Assembly: GCA_021325135.1 (NCBI GenBank)
Contig: JAJPHT010000050.1
Span: 1 to 40,410, forward strand
From: Pseudomonadota bacterium
GTDB taxonomy: Archaea; Thermoplasmatota; SW-10-69-26; JACQPN01; JAJPHT01
Reading direction: 5' to 3'
DNA length: 40,410 nucleotides
In this document: piece after piece, positions 7,985-16,981 of the stretch
Layout of the letters: each line of letters begins with the position of its first letter
How positions within the stretch are numbered: position 1 is the first letter of the stretch
The notes under the pieces: generated by a model
The model's input: only the letters and a program-made list of their open reading frames with translations
The model's database searches: none
What the model was told of the DNA's origin: nothing
Program-made: the position numbers and the translations under genes

Positions 7985-9736
7985 ATGGCCGCGCCCCACG
8001 ACCCGCTGGGCAGCTTCCGCGACGAGGCGATCTTCCTCCTGGAGGAGGCCCTTCACAGCCTCCGTCAGGAGGAGGCCCGCGCGCAGGTCCGCGCCCAGCT
8101 GGCCCCCGCGCCCCAGGGGAAGGGCGACTTCACCTACGCCACCTTCCCCCTGGCCAAGGCGCTGCGCCAGGCGCCGCCCGCCATCGCGCAGCAGATCGTG
8201 GCGGCGCTGCCCGCGAGCCCGCGCCTCGCGGCCAAGGCCGAGGGCCCCTACGTCAACTTCTCCGTGGAGCCGGAGGCGCTCGCCAAGGCCACGCTGGAGG
8301 CCGTCTCCTCGCTGGGGGTGCGCTACGGCACGCACCCCGCCACCGGGCAGACGATCATCGTCGAGCACACCAGCGCGAACCCCAACGGCCCCTTCCACGT
8401 CGGCCGCGCGCGCAACCCCATCGTGGGCGACACCACCGCGCGCGTGCTGCGCGCCGCCGGCCACGACGTGACGACGGAATATTACGTCAACGACATGGGC
8501 AAGCAGGTGGCGATCCTCAGCTGGGGCCTCAAGAACCTGAAGCCCTCCGACGTCGCGCCCACCGACCGCCAGAAGGTCGACCACCAGAACGTGGGCTACT
8601 ACCAGAAGGCCAACGAGCTGCAGGAGAAGGACGCCAAGATCGCGGCCGAGATCGGCGCCTCGCTCCACCGCTTCGAGGGCGGGGACCGCGCGACCGCGCA
8701 GTCGTTCCGCGAGGCCGTCACCCTCGTCCTCACCGGCATGCGCGAGTCGCTCGCGCGCCTCAACGTCCACATGGACCGCTACTCGTGGGAGAGCGAGTAC
8801 GTCTTCAACGGCGCGGTGCAGCAGGTCGTCGAGAAGCTCAAGAAGGTCCCCATCGCGCACCAGGACGAGACGGGCTCGTGGTACCTCGATCTCTCGGGGT
8901 ACGGCATCGCGGGCCGCAGCAGCCGCTGGACGTTCCTGCGCAAGGACGGCACCTCGCTCTACACCACGCGCGACCTCGCGTACCACCAGGACAAGTTCTC
9001 CCGCGCGGGCCGCGCGGTCAACGTGCTGGGCGAGGACCACAAGCTGACCGTGCAGCAGCTTGACATCGCGCTCGATCTTCTCGGGGTCAGCCGCCACCCC
9101 GACGTGCTCTGGATCAGCTTCGTCTCGCTCCCCGAGGGCAAGATGAGCACCCGGAGGAACCGCGTCGTCTTCATCGACGACCTCATGGACGAGGCCGTCG
9201 CGCGCGCGAAGGAGGAGGTGGCGAAGCGCCGCCCCGAGCTTCCCGAGGCCGAGCAGGACCTGATCGCGGAGACGGTGGGCATCGGCGCCCTGCGCTTCAA
9301 CATCGTGAGCGTCCAGTCGGAGAAGAGCATCACCTTCCGCTGGGAGGAGGCGTTGAGCTTCGAGGGCGACAGCGCGCCCTTCGTCATGTACGCGCACGCC
9401 CGCGCCGCCTCCATCCTCAAGAAGGCCGCCGAGGAGGGCGCTCAGCCCCACGCCAACGCGTCGCTCCTGCGCGAGCCCAGCGAGCGCGCGCTGGTCACGG
9501 CCATCGCGCGCTTCCCGGGCGCCATCCGCGTCGCGGCCGACGAGCTGAAGCCCCACGCCATGGCGGGCTACGCCGTGGACCTCGCCAACGCGTTCAACGC
9601 CTTCTACCGCGACTGCCCCGTGATGCTCGCCGACGCGCAGCTTCGCGGCGCGCGCCTCGCGCTGGTGGCGGCCGCCCGGCAGACGCTCGCGAACGCGCTG
9701 GGCATCCTGGGCGTCGTCGCGCCCGAGAGCATGTGA
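7985..9736 (+). CDS. argS: Arginine--tRNA ligase
   Basis: VEHTSANPNGPFHVGRARN, KMSTR, YAHARAASIL. Confidence 0.97.
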   Translation: MAAPHDPLGSFRDEAIFLLEEALHSLRQEEARAQVRAQLAPAPQGKGDFTYATFPLAKALRQAPPAIAQQIVAALPASPRLAAKAEGPYVNFSVEPEALAKATLEAVSSLGVRYGTHPATGQTIIVEHTSANPNGPFHVGRARNPIVGDTTARVLRAAGHDVTTEYYVNDMGKQVAILSWGLKNLKPSDVAPTDRQKVDHQNVGYYQKANELQEKDAKIAAEIGASLHRFEGGDRATAQSFREAVTLVLTGMRESLARLNVHMDRYSWESEYVFNGAVQQVVEKLKKVPIAHQDETGSWYLDLSGYGIAGRSSRWTFLRKDGTSLYTTRDLAYHQDKFSRAGRAVNVLGEDHKLTVQQLDIALDLLGVSRHPDVLWISFVSLPEGKMSTRRNRVVFIDDLMDEAVARAKEEVAKRRPELPEAEQDLIAETVGIGALRFNIVSVQSEKSITFRWEEALSFEGDSAPFVMYAHARAASILKKAAEEGAQPHANASLLREPSERALVTAIARFPGAIRVAADELKPHAMAGYAVDLANAFNAFYRDCPVMLADAQLRGARLALVAAARQTLANALGILGVVAPESM

Positions 9737-9773
9737 GGAAACGCTCAAGCGTGGCATCCCCCGTGACGGCCCC

Positions 9774-10271
9774 ATGGCCGACCAGCCTCCCGCCACCGAC
9801 CCCTCGAACCCGCGCGTGAAGATCCAGACGACCGCCGGCGACATCGTGGTGGAGCTTTTCGCGAAGGAGGCGCCCGTCTCGACGCAGAACTTCCTCGCCT
9901 ACGTGCGCGAGGGGTTCTACGAGGGGCTCATCTTCCACCGCGTCATCAAGGGGTTCATGATCCAGGGCGGCGGCCTCGACGCGTCGGGCAAGCAGAAGAA
10001 GGGCAAGAGCCCCATCAAGCTGGAGATCAACTACCCCACGCTCCAGCACTGGAACGGCGCCCTCGCCATGGCGCGCACCAACGACCCCAACAGCGCGACC
10101 TCGCAGTTCTACATCTGCCACGGCCCGCAGCGCGGCCTCGACAAGAACTACGCCGTCTTCGGCGTGGTCCGCGAGGGCATCAAGGTCGTGGAGGCCATCG
10201 CGACGACGCCCACGGACCGCAGCGACCGGCCCAAGAGCGACGTCACCATCCAGAAGGCCACCGTCCTCTGA
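9774..10271 (+). CDS. ppiA: Cyclophilin-type peptidyl-prolyl isomerase
   Basis: FHRVIKGFMIQGGG, AMARTNDPNSATSQFYI, YAVFG. Confidence 0.93.
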   Translation: MADQPPATDPSNPRVKIQTTAGDIVVELFAKEAPVSTQNFLAYVREGFYEGLIFHRVIKGFMIQGGGLDASGKQKKGKSPIKLEINYPTLQHWNGALAMARTNDPNSATSQFYICHGPQRGLDKNYAVFGVVREGIKVVEAIATTPTDRSDRPKSDVTIQKATVL

Positions 10272-10308
10272 GGGAAAGAGGGAAGCCAGGGCGCGCGCCT
10301 GCCCGCGC

Positions 10309-11070
10309 GTGGCCGACTGGAACGCGCAGACCTACGACGAGCGGCACTCCTGGGTGTGGAAGCGCGGCGAGGGCGTCGTGGAGCTTCTCGCGCCCCGGAA
10401 GGGCGAGCGCATCCTGGACCTGGGCTGCGGCACCGCGCACCTCACGGCGAGGATCGCGGCCTCGGGCGCGGAGGTCCTCGGCCTCGACGCGTCCCCCGCC
10501 ATGATCGGGAAGGCCAAGGCCGAGCACCCGGGCCTCGACCTGCGCGTCGCCGACGGCCGCGACTTCCGCCTGGAGGCGCCCGTGGACGCGGTGTTCTCCA
10601 ACGCGGCGCTCCACTGGATGCAGCCGCCCGGCGCGGTGGCCGCGTGCGTCGCGCGGGCCCTCAAGCCCGGCGGCCGCTTCGTCGCCGAGATGGGCGGCAA
10701 GGGCAACCTCCGGACGCTCCTGGAGGGCGTGCGCGCGGCCATCCTCGCGGCGGGCGTCGAGGCGCCCCGCGTCGAGGACGACCTCTACTTCCCCAGCGCC
10801 GCGGAGTACGGCTCGCTCCTGGAGGCCCACGGCTTCGAGCTTCGCCAGGCGGTCCTCTTCGAGCGCCCGACTCCGCTGGAAGGGGGCGAGGCGGGCCTGC
10901 GCGCGTGGGTCCACCAGTTCGGCATGCACCTCTTCCGCGTCGTGCCCGAGGCGCAGCGCGACGCCGTGATGGATGATATCACGAAGCGGCTGCGGCCGAA
11001 GCTCTGGGACGGCGCGCAGTGGGTCGCGGACTACCGGCGGCTGCGCTTCGTCGCGGTCAGGACGCCGTGA
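10309..11070 (+). CDS. Class I SAM methyltransferase (Tam-like)
   Basis: ILDLGCGTA, DAVFSNAALHWM, ADYRRLR. Confidence 0.9.
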   Translation: MADWNAQTYDERHSWVWKRGEGVVELLAPRKGERILDLGCGTAHLTARIAASGAEVLGLDASPAMIGKAKAEHPGLDLRVADGRDFRLEAPVDAVFSNAALHWMQPPGAVAACVARALKPGGRFVAEMGGKGNLRTLLEGVRAAILAAGVEAPRVEDDLYFPSAAEYGSLLEAHGFELRQAVLFERPTPLEGGEAGLRAWVHQFGMHLFRVVPEAQRDAVMDDITKRLRPKLWDGAQWVADYRRLRFVAVRTP

Positions 11071-11276
11071 GCCGCCACGGATGTCCGACGCCGCCCAGCG
11101 CGCACGCGCCTCCGGCGCTGAGAGCCCGGGGTTCGCGCAGGGCCACGCGGGCGCGGCCCCCGAGTCGGCCGCGAGGGCGGCAGGAGCAGAAGACACGGGA
11201 CGACGACGTTCCTCATGGGAAGCCCCTCTCCACCCGGCGCCGCGGCGCGTGATGGGCCTTCAACGAGGGCGTCGCT

Positions 11277-12242
11277 TCAGATCTTCAGCGAGCCGCCCGT
11301 CAGCGCGAAGCGCGCGAGGAGCGCCTCGATCTGGATGCGCTCGTTGGCCCCTTCCACGAGGCGGAAGTCGGCCTCGCCCACGCGCTCCACGAGGTCGACC
11401 TTCACCTTGTCGGGCACGGTGAGGTCGAAGACGGTGCGGTGGATCTGGCGGATGATGTCCTCGCCCGAGAGGCCGTAGCTGATGAGCAGCTCGTCGAGCT
11501 TGTCGCGCGCGCCCGCGAAGTTGCCGGAGAGGGCCAGCTCCAGCATGGCCTTCACGTCCTCGGGCCGCGCGGTCGCGGTCGTGGTGAACACGCTCTCGGC
11601 GGTCACGGCCCTGCCGCCCGCGCTGGCGACCTGCATGGTGTTGACGACGCGGCGCATGTCGCCCGCGGCGACGTAGAGCAGCGCCTCCAGGCCGTCGGGC
11701 TTGACCTCCAGCTTCTCGGCGTTGGCGACCTTGCGCACGAGCTTCGTCATGTCCTGCTTGCTGTAGGGGCGGAAGCGGAAGAGCGCGCACCGGCTCTGGA
11801 TGGGGTCCATGATCTTGCTGCTGTAGTTGCACGAGAGCACGAAGCGGCAGTTGCCCGCGTACTTCTCCATCGTCCTGCGCAGGGCGGCCTGCGCGTCGTT
11901 GGTGAGGCTGTCCGCCTCGTCGAGGAAGATGATCTTGAAGGGCACGTCCGCCGAGTGGCTGGCGGTGCGCGCGAAGTCCTTGATGCGCCCGCGCACGACG
12001 TTGATGCCGCGCTCGTCGGAGGCGTTGAGCTCCGCGAAGTTGTCGCGCCACGACTCGCCGTAGAGCTCCTTGGCCAGCGCCACGGCGGAGGTGGTCTTCC
12101 CCGTGCCGGGGGGCCCCGCGAAGAGGAGGTGGGGCAGGTTCCGCGTCGCGACGTAGGCCTGGAGCCGCTTCGTGATCTCCTCCTGGCCGATGATGTCCGA
12201 CAGCTTCTGCGGCCGGTACTTCTCGACCCAGATCTCTTCCAT
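11277..12242 (-). CDS. rfcS: Replication factor C small subunit
   Basis: WVEKYRP, GPPGTGKTT, ELNASDERG, LDEAD, SRC; no intein; TATA-like CTTATA ~27 nt upstream. Confidence 0.97.
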   Translation of the reverse strand: MEEIWVEKYRPQKLSDIIGQEEITKRLQAYVATRNLPHLLFAGPPGTGKTTSAVALAKELYGESWRDNFAELNASDERGINVVRGRIKDFARTASHSADVPFKIIFLDEADSLTNDAQAALRRTMEKYAGNCRFVLSCNYSSKIMDPIQSRCALFRFRPYSKQDMTKLVRKVANAEKLEVKPDGLEALLYVAAGDMRRVVNTMQVASAGGRAVTAESVFTTTATARPEDVKAMLELALSGNFAGARDKLDELLISYGLSGEDIIRQIHRTVFDLTVPDKVKVDLVERVGEADFRLVEGANERIQIEALLARFALTGGSLKI

Positions 12243-12315
12243 GATGGCGCGGGCAGGGTCCGCCTGCGGTATAAGATTGACCGGGGGCGCTGTCTTTTCC
12301 TCTGCCTCTCGCGCT

Positions 12316-12434
12316 GGGGCTGCGCCCCTTTCCCCCGCCACAACCCGAACCCACGAACCACCGGACCAGAGTCTTCCTTTGGTTCGGTGGTTCGTGGGTT
12401 CGGGTTGTGAGGGGGTTTGGGGGACGCGTCCCCC
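12316..12434. repeat. Composite palindrome with 8-mer-periodic arms and outward GC hairpins
   Basis: 30-bp inverted repeat 12339-12368/12380-12409 flanked on both sides by GGGGG-WWW-GGGG hairpins. Confidence 0.85.
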
Positions 12435-12517
12435 AACGAGAAGCGCTCTCCTTCCGCACACGGTTGCGGGTGAATCCTGAAGCGGGGGCAGCGCGTGCCG
12501 CAGCCCGAGGCTTCCCC

Positions 12518-13357
12518 ATGCTCCGTCCTGTCGCGATCGCGCTTGCCCTCCTCATGGCAGCGCCCCTTGCCGCCGCCGCGGCGCCGGGGGCCGCGGGGTG
12601 CCCCACCGATCCGCAGGCGCTCGCGCAGAAGGGGTGCGCGCTGGGCGTCCGCGACCCCACGGGCGCGTGCTCCGCGACGGCGCGCTACCGCAGCGGCGTG
12701 GGCTACTGGGGCGTCCGCTCGTCGTGCGAGAAGGGCGGGAAGTCCGTCTCGGAGGAGGGGTGGGGCAACGCCACGGACCTCGCGGTGAACCACACCCTGT
12801 GGATCCCCGCCAGCCAGGCGGGCATCCCGGACGCGCGCGCCAACGGGACGTTCCACTGCGCGCTGGACGGCGGCGGCTGCGCCCTCGTGGGCGGCGAGGG
12901 CCCGGGCCCCGCGGCCGTGGCGTACAACGCGACGCCCCACTGGACCGTGGACACCATGCCGCCCACGCTGGCGCTGGCGTGGAACGGCACCGTCGCCGCG
13001 GGCGACCTGGACGGCGACGGCGCGCCTGACCTCGTCGCGACCGGGGGCTGCTCCAGCGTGAACGCGACGGCGTCGCCCCCGTGCGGCCCCGACGGGCAGG
13101 CCCACCTCGCGGCGCGGCGCAACAGCACCGGCTTCTTCGACATCACGTACCGCGCGAAGGGCGGGGCCGCCGCGGGCTCGGGCGTCTCCGACGGCCGCGG
13201 CGAGGGCGCGCTCCTGGGGGCGTTCGCGACGAAGGACGGCGCCCTCGTGCTGGACGCGTTCGCCTTCGCGCAGGGGCAGGCCGCCGGCTGCGTCGTCGAG
13301 GCCAAGCCCGGCGCCGCCCCCGTCGTCTCGTGCTTCCCCTGGCCGCAAGGCCCTTGA
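12518..13357 (+). CDS. Secreted Cys-containing protein with one FG-GAP/VCBS-like motif
   Basis: Signal peptide; AGDLDGDGAPDLV Ca-binding motif. Confidence 0.7.
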   Translation: MLRPVAIALALLMAAPLAAAAAPGAAGCPTDPQALAQKGCALGVRDPTGACSATARYRSGVGYWGVRSSCEKGGKSVSEEGWGNATDLAVNHTLWIPASQAGIPDARANGTFHCALDGGGCALVGGEGPGPAAVAYNATPHWTVDTMPPTLALAWNGTVAAGDLDGDGAPDLVATGGCSSVNATASPPCGPDGQAHLAARRNSTGFFDITYRAKGGAAAGSGVSDGRGEGALLGAFATKDGALVLDAFAFAQGQAAGCVVEAKPGAAPVVSCFPWPQGP

Positions 13358-13396
13358 GCCGCGACCGGGTTGCCGTGGCCGGAGGCTGGAAGCATC

Positions 13397-13633
13397 GTGT
13401 CCAAGACCCTCGTCACGGCCGCCCTCGCGGCCTCGCTTGCGATCATCGCCTTCGCGCCCGCCGCCTCGGCGAACCCCCTCACCGACATGCAGTGCGGCTC
13501 CCTCGGCGGCTGCTGCCCCACCGCGATCTCGTGCCTCTGCGACGGCCCGAGCACCGTGCTGGGCTGCGTCGAGAAGGTCGTCGGCCCCACGCCCGACCCC
13601 TGCACGATCCTGGACTGCCTGATCTACCCGTAG
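13397..13633 (+). CDS. Small secreted Cys-rich protein (8 Cys)
   Basis: GTG start, signal peptide ending AASA; mature part C-CC-C-C-C-C-C. Confidence 0.7.
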   Translation: MSKTLVTAALAASLAIIAFAPAASANPLTDMQCGSLGGCCPTAISCLCDGPSTVLGCVEKVVGPTPDPCTILDCLIYP

Positions 13634-13696
13634 GCCGGGCCGCCGCCAGCGCAGCGTTGATGGTCCGGGCGCGCGGTCGCCGCGGCGAGGCTGCCC

Positions 13697-15634
13697 ATGC
13701 GCGCCGCGCCCCTTCTCGTCCTCTGTCTTCTGGCCGCCGGCTGCGTGTCGCTCCCCGGCGCCACCACCGAGCCCCCCGCCAACCCGGCCCCCGCCCTCGT
13801 CGCGCAGGGGGCCGCGCTGCGGCAGGCGGGCGACGCCGTCTTCGCCACGTGGAGCGGCAACGTCACCGAGCCCATCCCGGGCCAGACGGACGCGCTCCCC
13901 GTGGGCGCGCCGGTGGCCGACCCCACCGCGACGGCGGGCAAGGGGGACTCCAAGGACTTCACGTTCCCCGCGGGCGCCACCATCCTGGAAGGCTGGCTCA
14001 ACTGGAGCGACTCCAAGGCGCTCCTGGGCTTCCGCATCGTGAACGACACGGGCCGGACGTGGTGCGGCGCGCCCTTCCCGGACAACAGCAGCGTCGCGCG
14101 ATGCTTCGCCACGTTCTACCGCCCGCCCCCCGGCGATGCGTCGAAGTGGAAGGCCACCGTCTCGCCCCTGGGCGGCTCGCCGGGCGCCGCGGTGCCCTAC
14201 ACGCTGACGATCTCGTTCCGCAACGCGACGCTGCCCCTCCTCGGGAGCCCCGCGCCCTACGGCGGCGACGCCCTGCTCCAGTTCGGCGAGCCCACGCTGG
14301 TCTCCAAAGACAAGCACACCGGCGAGCCCAGCATCGCGGTGACGCCCAAGGGGGCCATCTACGTCGCAGCGCCCACCGGCGCGCAGGAGTCGCTCTTCCG
14401 CAGCACCGACGGGGGCAAGACGTTCGCGTTCGTCCCCATCCACGCCAACCCCACCTCGGACCCGGGCAGCGAGTTCGCCACGGGCGGCGGCGACAGCGAC
14501 GTGGCCGTCTCCGGGGAGAACGATATCTATTTCGCGGACCAGCAGGGCGGCAGCGCGGAGACGGTGAGCGCCAGCCACGACGGCGGCGCGACGTGGTTCA
14601 CGCAGCCCGCCGCCGCGGGCCCGCCCTCCACCGCGGGCGTCCCCAACCCGGGCGCGCCCGTGGGGCTCCCCGGGACGCCGGTCTTCAGCGCGGACCGCCA
14701 GTGGATCGTGACCGACGGCAGCAACAACGTGTGGCTCGCGTTCAACAGCCAGCAGGGCGCCACCGTCGTCCACTCGGCGGACGGCGGGCGCACGTGGCCC
14801 CAGCGCGGCACCATGGCCGAGGACAACTGCGCGCGGGGCAACCTGGTCCGCACGCCCGCGCAGCCCGGCCTTCTGCCCGACGTGGGCTCCGTGCCCTCGG
14901 GCGTCGGCGGCATCCTCTACTACGCGGGCTGCGACGACAAGGGCCCTGGCGTCGGCGTCTCCACCGACGGCGGCCTCTCGTGGACGTGGCACCCGGTCGC
15001 GCAGCGCGACGGCAAGACCGAGACGGGCTTCGGCTTCGTCATGCACATCTTCGTCATCGCCACCGCGGACGCCGCGGGCAACGTGTACGTCGTGTGGACC
15101 GACGAGGCCGAGACGCCCGACGCCCACGAGGCGCCCCCAGGCGGCCCTCTCGGAGTGAACGTCTGGCTCGCCAGCAGCACGGACCACGGCAACACGTGGA
15201 GCAAGCCCAAGAAGGTGAACCAGCACCCCGGCACCTACGTCGAGGCGTGGGTCACCGCGGGCGCCAAGGGCCACGTCGCGGTGGCCTACTACGGCACCAG
15301 GGCCGCGCCCAACCCCGAGCGCGCGCTGGGCGAGTGGTACCCCATCGTGGCCGAGACGGAGGACGCCACCGCTGCGGAGCCCGTGTGGCACGAAGCATCG
15401 ATGACCAAGGACTTCGTCCAGTACGGGCCCGTGTGCATGAGGGGGAGCGCGTGCGGCAACGCGAGGAATCTGCTGGACTTCTTCCAGATCCAGTCCGACA
15501 AGGCGGGCATGCTCCACGTCGCCTACGTGGACGGCCGCGACGGCGGCAGCGCGCGCCTCTCCAACGTCATGTACGTCGGCCAGACCGGCGGCCTCTCCCT
15601 GGGCGGCCCCAGCGTGGACAAGAACGGTGGCTGA
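13697..15634 (+). CDS. Lipoprotein with BNR/Asp-box (sialidase-fold) beta-propeller
   Basis: Lipobox AAGC; S-x-D-x-G-x-T-W/F boxes (STDGGKTF, SHDGGATW, SADGGRTW, STDGGLSW, STDHGNTW); GEPS and RNLLDF motifs. Confidence 0.85.
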   Translation: MRAAPLLVLCLLAAGCVSLPGATTEPPANPAPALVAQGAALRQAGDAVFATWSGNVTEPIPGQTDALPVGAPVADPTATAGKGDSKDFTFPAGATILEGWLNWSDSKALLGFRIVNDTGRTWCGAPFPDNSSVARCFATFYRPPPGDASKWKATVSPLGGSPGAAVPYTLTISFRNATLPLLGSPAPYGGDALLQFGEPTLVSKDKHTGEPSIAVTPKGAIYVAAPTGAQESLFRSTDGGKTFAFVPIHANPTSDPGSEFATGGGDSDVAVSGENDIYFADQQGGSAETVSASHDGGATWFTQPAAAGPPSTAGVPNPGAPVGLPGTPVFSADRQWIVTDGSNNVWLAFNSQQGATVVHSADGGRTWPQRGTMAEDNCARGNLVRTPAQPGLLPDVGSVPSGVGGILYYAGCDDKGPGVGVSTDGGLSWTWHPVAQRDGKTETGFGFVMHIFVIATADAAGNVYVVWTDEAETPDAHEAPPGGPLGVNVWLASSTDHGNTWSKPKKVNQHPGTYVEAWVTAGAKGHVAVAYYGTRAAPNPERALGEWYPIVAETEDATAAEPVWHEASMTKDFVQYGPVCMRGSACGNARNLLDFFQIQSDKAGMLHVAYVDGRDGGSARLSNVMYVGQTGGLSLGGPSVDKNGG

Positions 15635-15635
15635 T

Positions 15636-16352
15636 TCACGTCGAGGGAATCGCGCCCAGGATGGCCGCGTCGTCCACGGGGCCGCCGGGGACCAGCTGGA
15701 GCACGTAGCCGTGCGTGACCGCGACGCCCAGCATGGTGCGCAGCGGCGTCCCGAACGCGGCGTGCGCGGCGACGCCGCCCGCGATGGGCTCGGCCAGCGA
15801 GTGCGTCGCGATGCCCATGGCGAGGCCCGTGACGCTCATGACGGGCGAGCCCGAGTCGCCCGACGAGACGTGGCCCGCCCACGAGAGGAAGTCCACCGGG
15901 GGCGCAAGCTCGGGGTCGACGCGGGCGCGGGTGGCGTCGGAGCCGCTCGTGTCCACGCCCCAGCCGTAGAAGGCGTAGGCCGCGCCGGGCACGTCCGCCA
16001 TGGCCGCGCCGGTGGGGCCGCCGAAGTGGAGCATCGTGGGGTTGACGAGCCCCTGGTCCGCCGCGTCCACCTGGATCAGGGCGAAGTCCGCGCCGAGGCC
16101 CGCCGCCTCCTGCACGACCACGGTGCCGAACTCGCCCAGGCCGGCGACCGACTCGCGCCCGCCCAGCGTCGCGCAGTGGCCCGCCGTGCTGACGTAGAAG
16201 GTGCCGTTCGCGTCGCGGAAGACCCACCCCATGGTGCATCCGTTGGCCAGCTGCGCGCCGGGGCGGATCTCCACCGACGAGGCGACGCCGGGCGCTGCGG
16301 CGGTCAGGATGGCAGCAGCAAGGAGCGTGATCGCGATGGCCTTCCCCAGCAT
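15636..16352 (-). CDS. Secreted trypsin-like (S1) serine protease
   Basis: Triad motifs TAGHC, DFALI, GDSGSP; signal peptide. Confidence 0.88.
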   Translation of the reverse strand: MLGKAIAITLLAAAILTAAAPGVASSVEIRPGAQLANGCTMGWVFRDANGTFYVSTAGHCATLGGRESVAGLGEFGTVVVQEAAGLGADFALIQVDAADQGLVNPTMLHFGGPTGAAMADVPGAAYAFYGWGVDTSGSDATRARVDPELAPPVDFLSWAGHVSSGDSGSPVMSVTGLAMGIATHSLAEPIAGGVAAHAAFGTPLRTMLGVAVTHGYVLQLVPGGPVDDAAILGAIPST

Positions 16353-16406
16353 AACAGGGGGTCACGGCCTGGCCGTGCAAAGGGGTTGCGCTCCAGGAGG
16401 CCCGCT

Positions 16407-16517
16407 CGGGCTCCGCCCGTTGAATCCCCGAATCTCCGAATCGCCGAATCTCCGCCCCCGGTGATTCTGAGATTCGGAGATTCGGGTTTCCCCGGGGGGA
16501 AAGGGGGCGGAGCCCCC
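16407..16517. repeat. Composite palindrome with GAATCNCC tandem arms and flanking cGGAg hairpins
   Basis: 4x GAATCNCC (16422-16453), inverted GATTCNGA/G arm (16463-16490), CGGGCTCCGCCCG on the left and GGGGGC-GGA-GCCCCC on the right. Confidence 0.85.
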
Positions 16518-16671
16518 GAAAGGAAGCGAGAAATGCAAGACGCTCAGCGCGCACAGTCCTTCTCATCGGGAGACGCAAATCCCCTCAATGCCGTGTTCGG
16601 CCTCGTCATCGCGTCCCGCGGCGATGGGCGCGCCCCATACTTGAAGCCTGGCCGCCCCCGTGGCGCCCCTG

Positions 16672-16902
16672 ATGGCCACGGTCGCGGTGGAGGTGGACCG
16701 GCAGGAGGCCGGCGTGCTGCTGGCGCTGGTGCGGGCGCGTCTCGCGGAGGTCGAGCGCATGGTGCAGAACCTGGAGGAGGCGGAGGGCATGGACCTCCAG
16801 CGGCACAACGCGATCAAGACGGCGCGGCCGCAGCTTGACCTCCTGGAGATCCTCGTCATGAAGCTGGAAGGGGCAGGCAGGGAGCTGGAAGGCCGGCGGT
16901 AG
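16672..16902 (+). CDS. Small helical hypothetical protein
   Basis: Clean ORF with GC3 bias and amphipathic helical pattern. Confidence 0.65.
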   Translation: MATVAVEVDRQEAGVLLALVRARLAEVERMVQNLEEAEGMDLQRHNAIKTARPQLDLLEILVMKLEGAGRELEGRR

Positions 16903-16981
16903 GGCCGCTTCGGCGCGGGCGCGCATCGGCGCGTGTGGCGCCCAGGCAAGTGGCTTGGCGCCTCCCGGGCTCGCGCGGGCC

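Noticed and set aside
11071-11276. Short ORFs between the methyltransferase and rfcS
   Set aside because: No motif or consistent coding signal
11277-12242. Intein in rfcS
   Set aside because: Walker A region is contiguous and the protein is normal length (~321 aa)
11747-15517. 1256-aa minus-strand ORF and other long Arg/Gly/Ala-rich ORFs (e.g. 4136-6973, 34833-37376)
   Set aside because: Antisense or alternate-frame shadows of well-supported genes in high-GC DNA; no domain motifs
16422-16490. Tandem repeats as a possible CRISPR array
   Set aside because: Units are 8 nt with no spacers, and no cas genes are present
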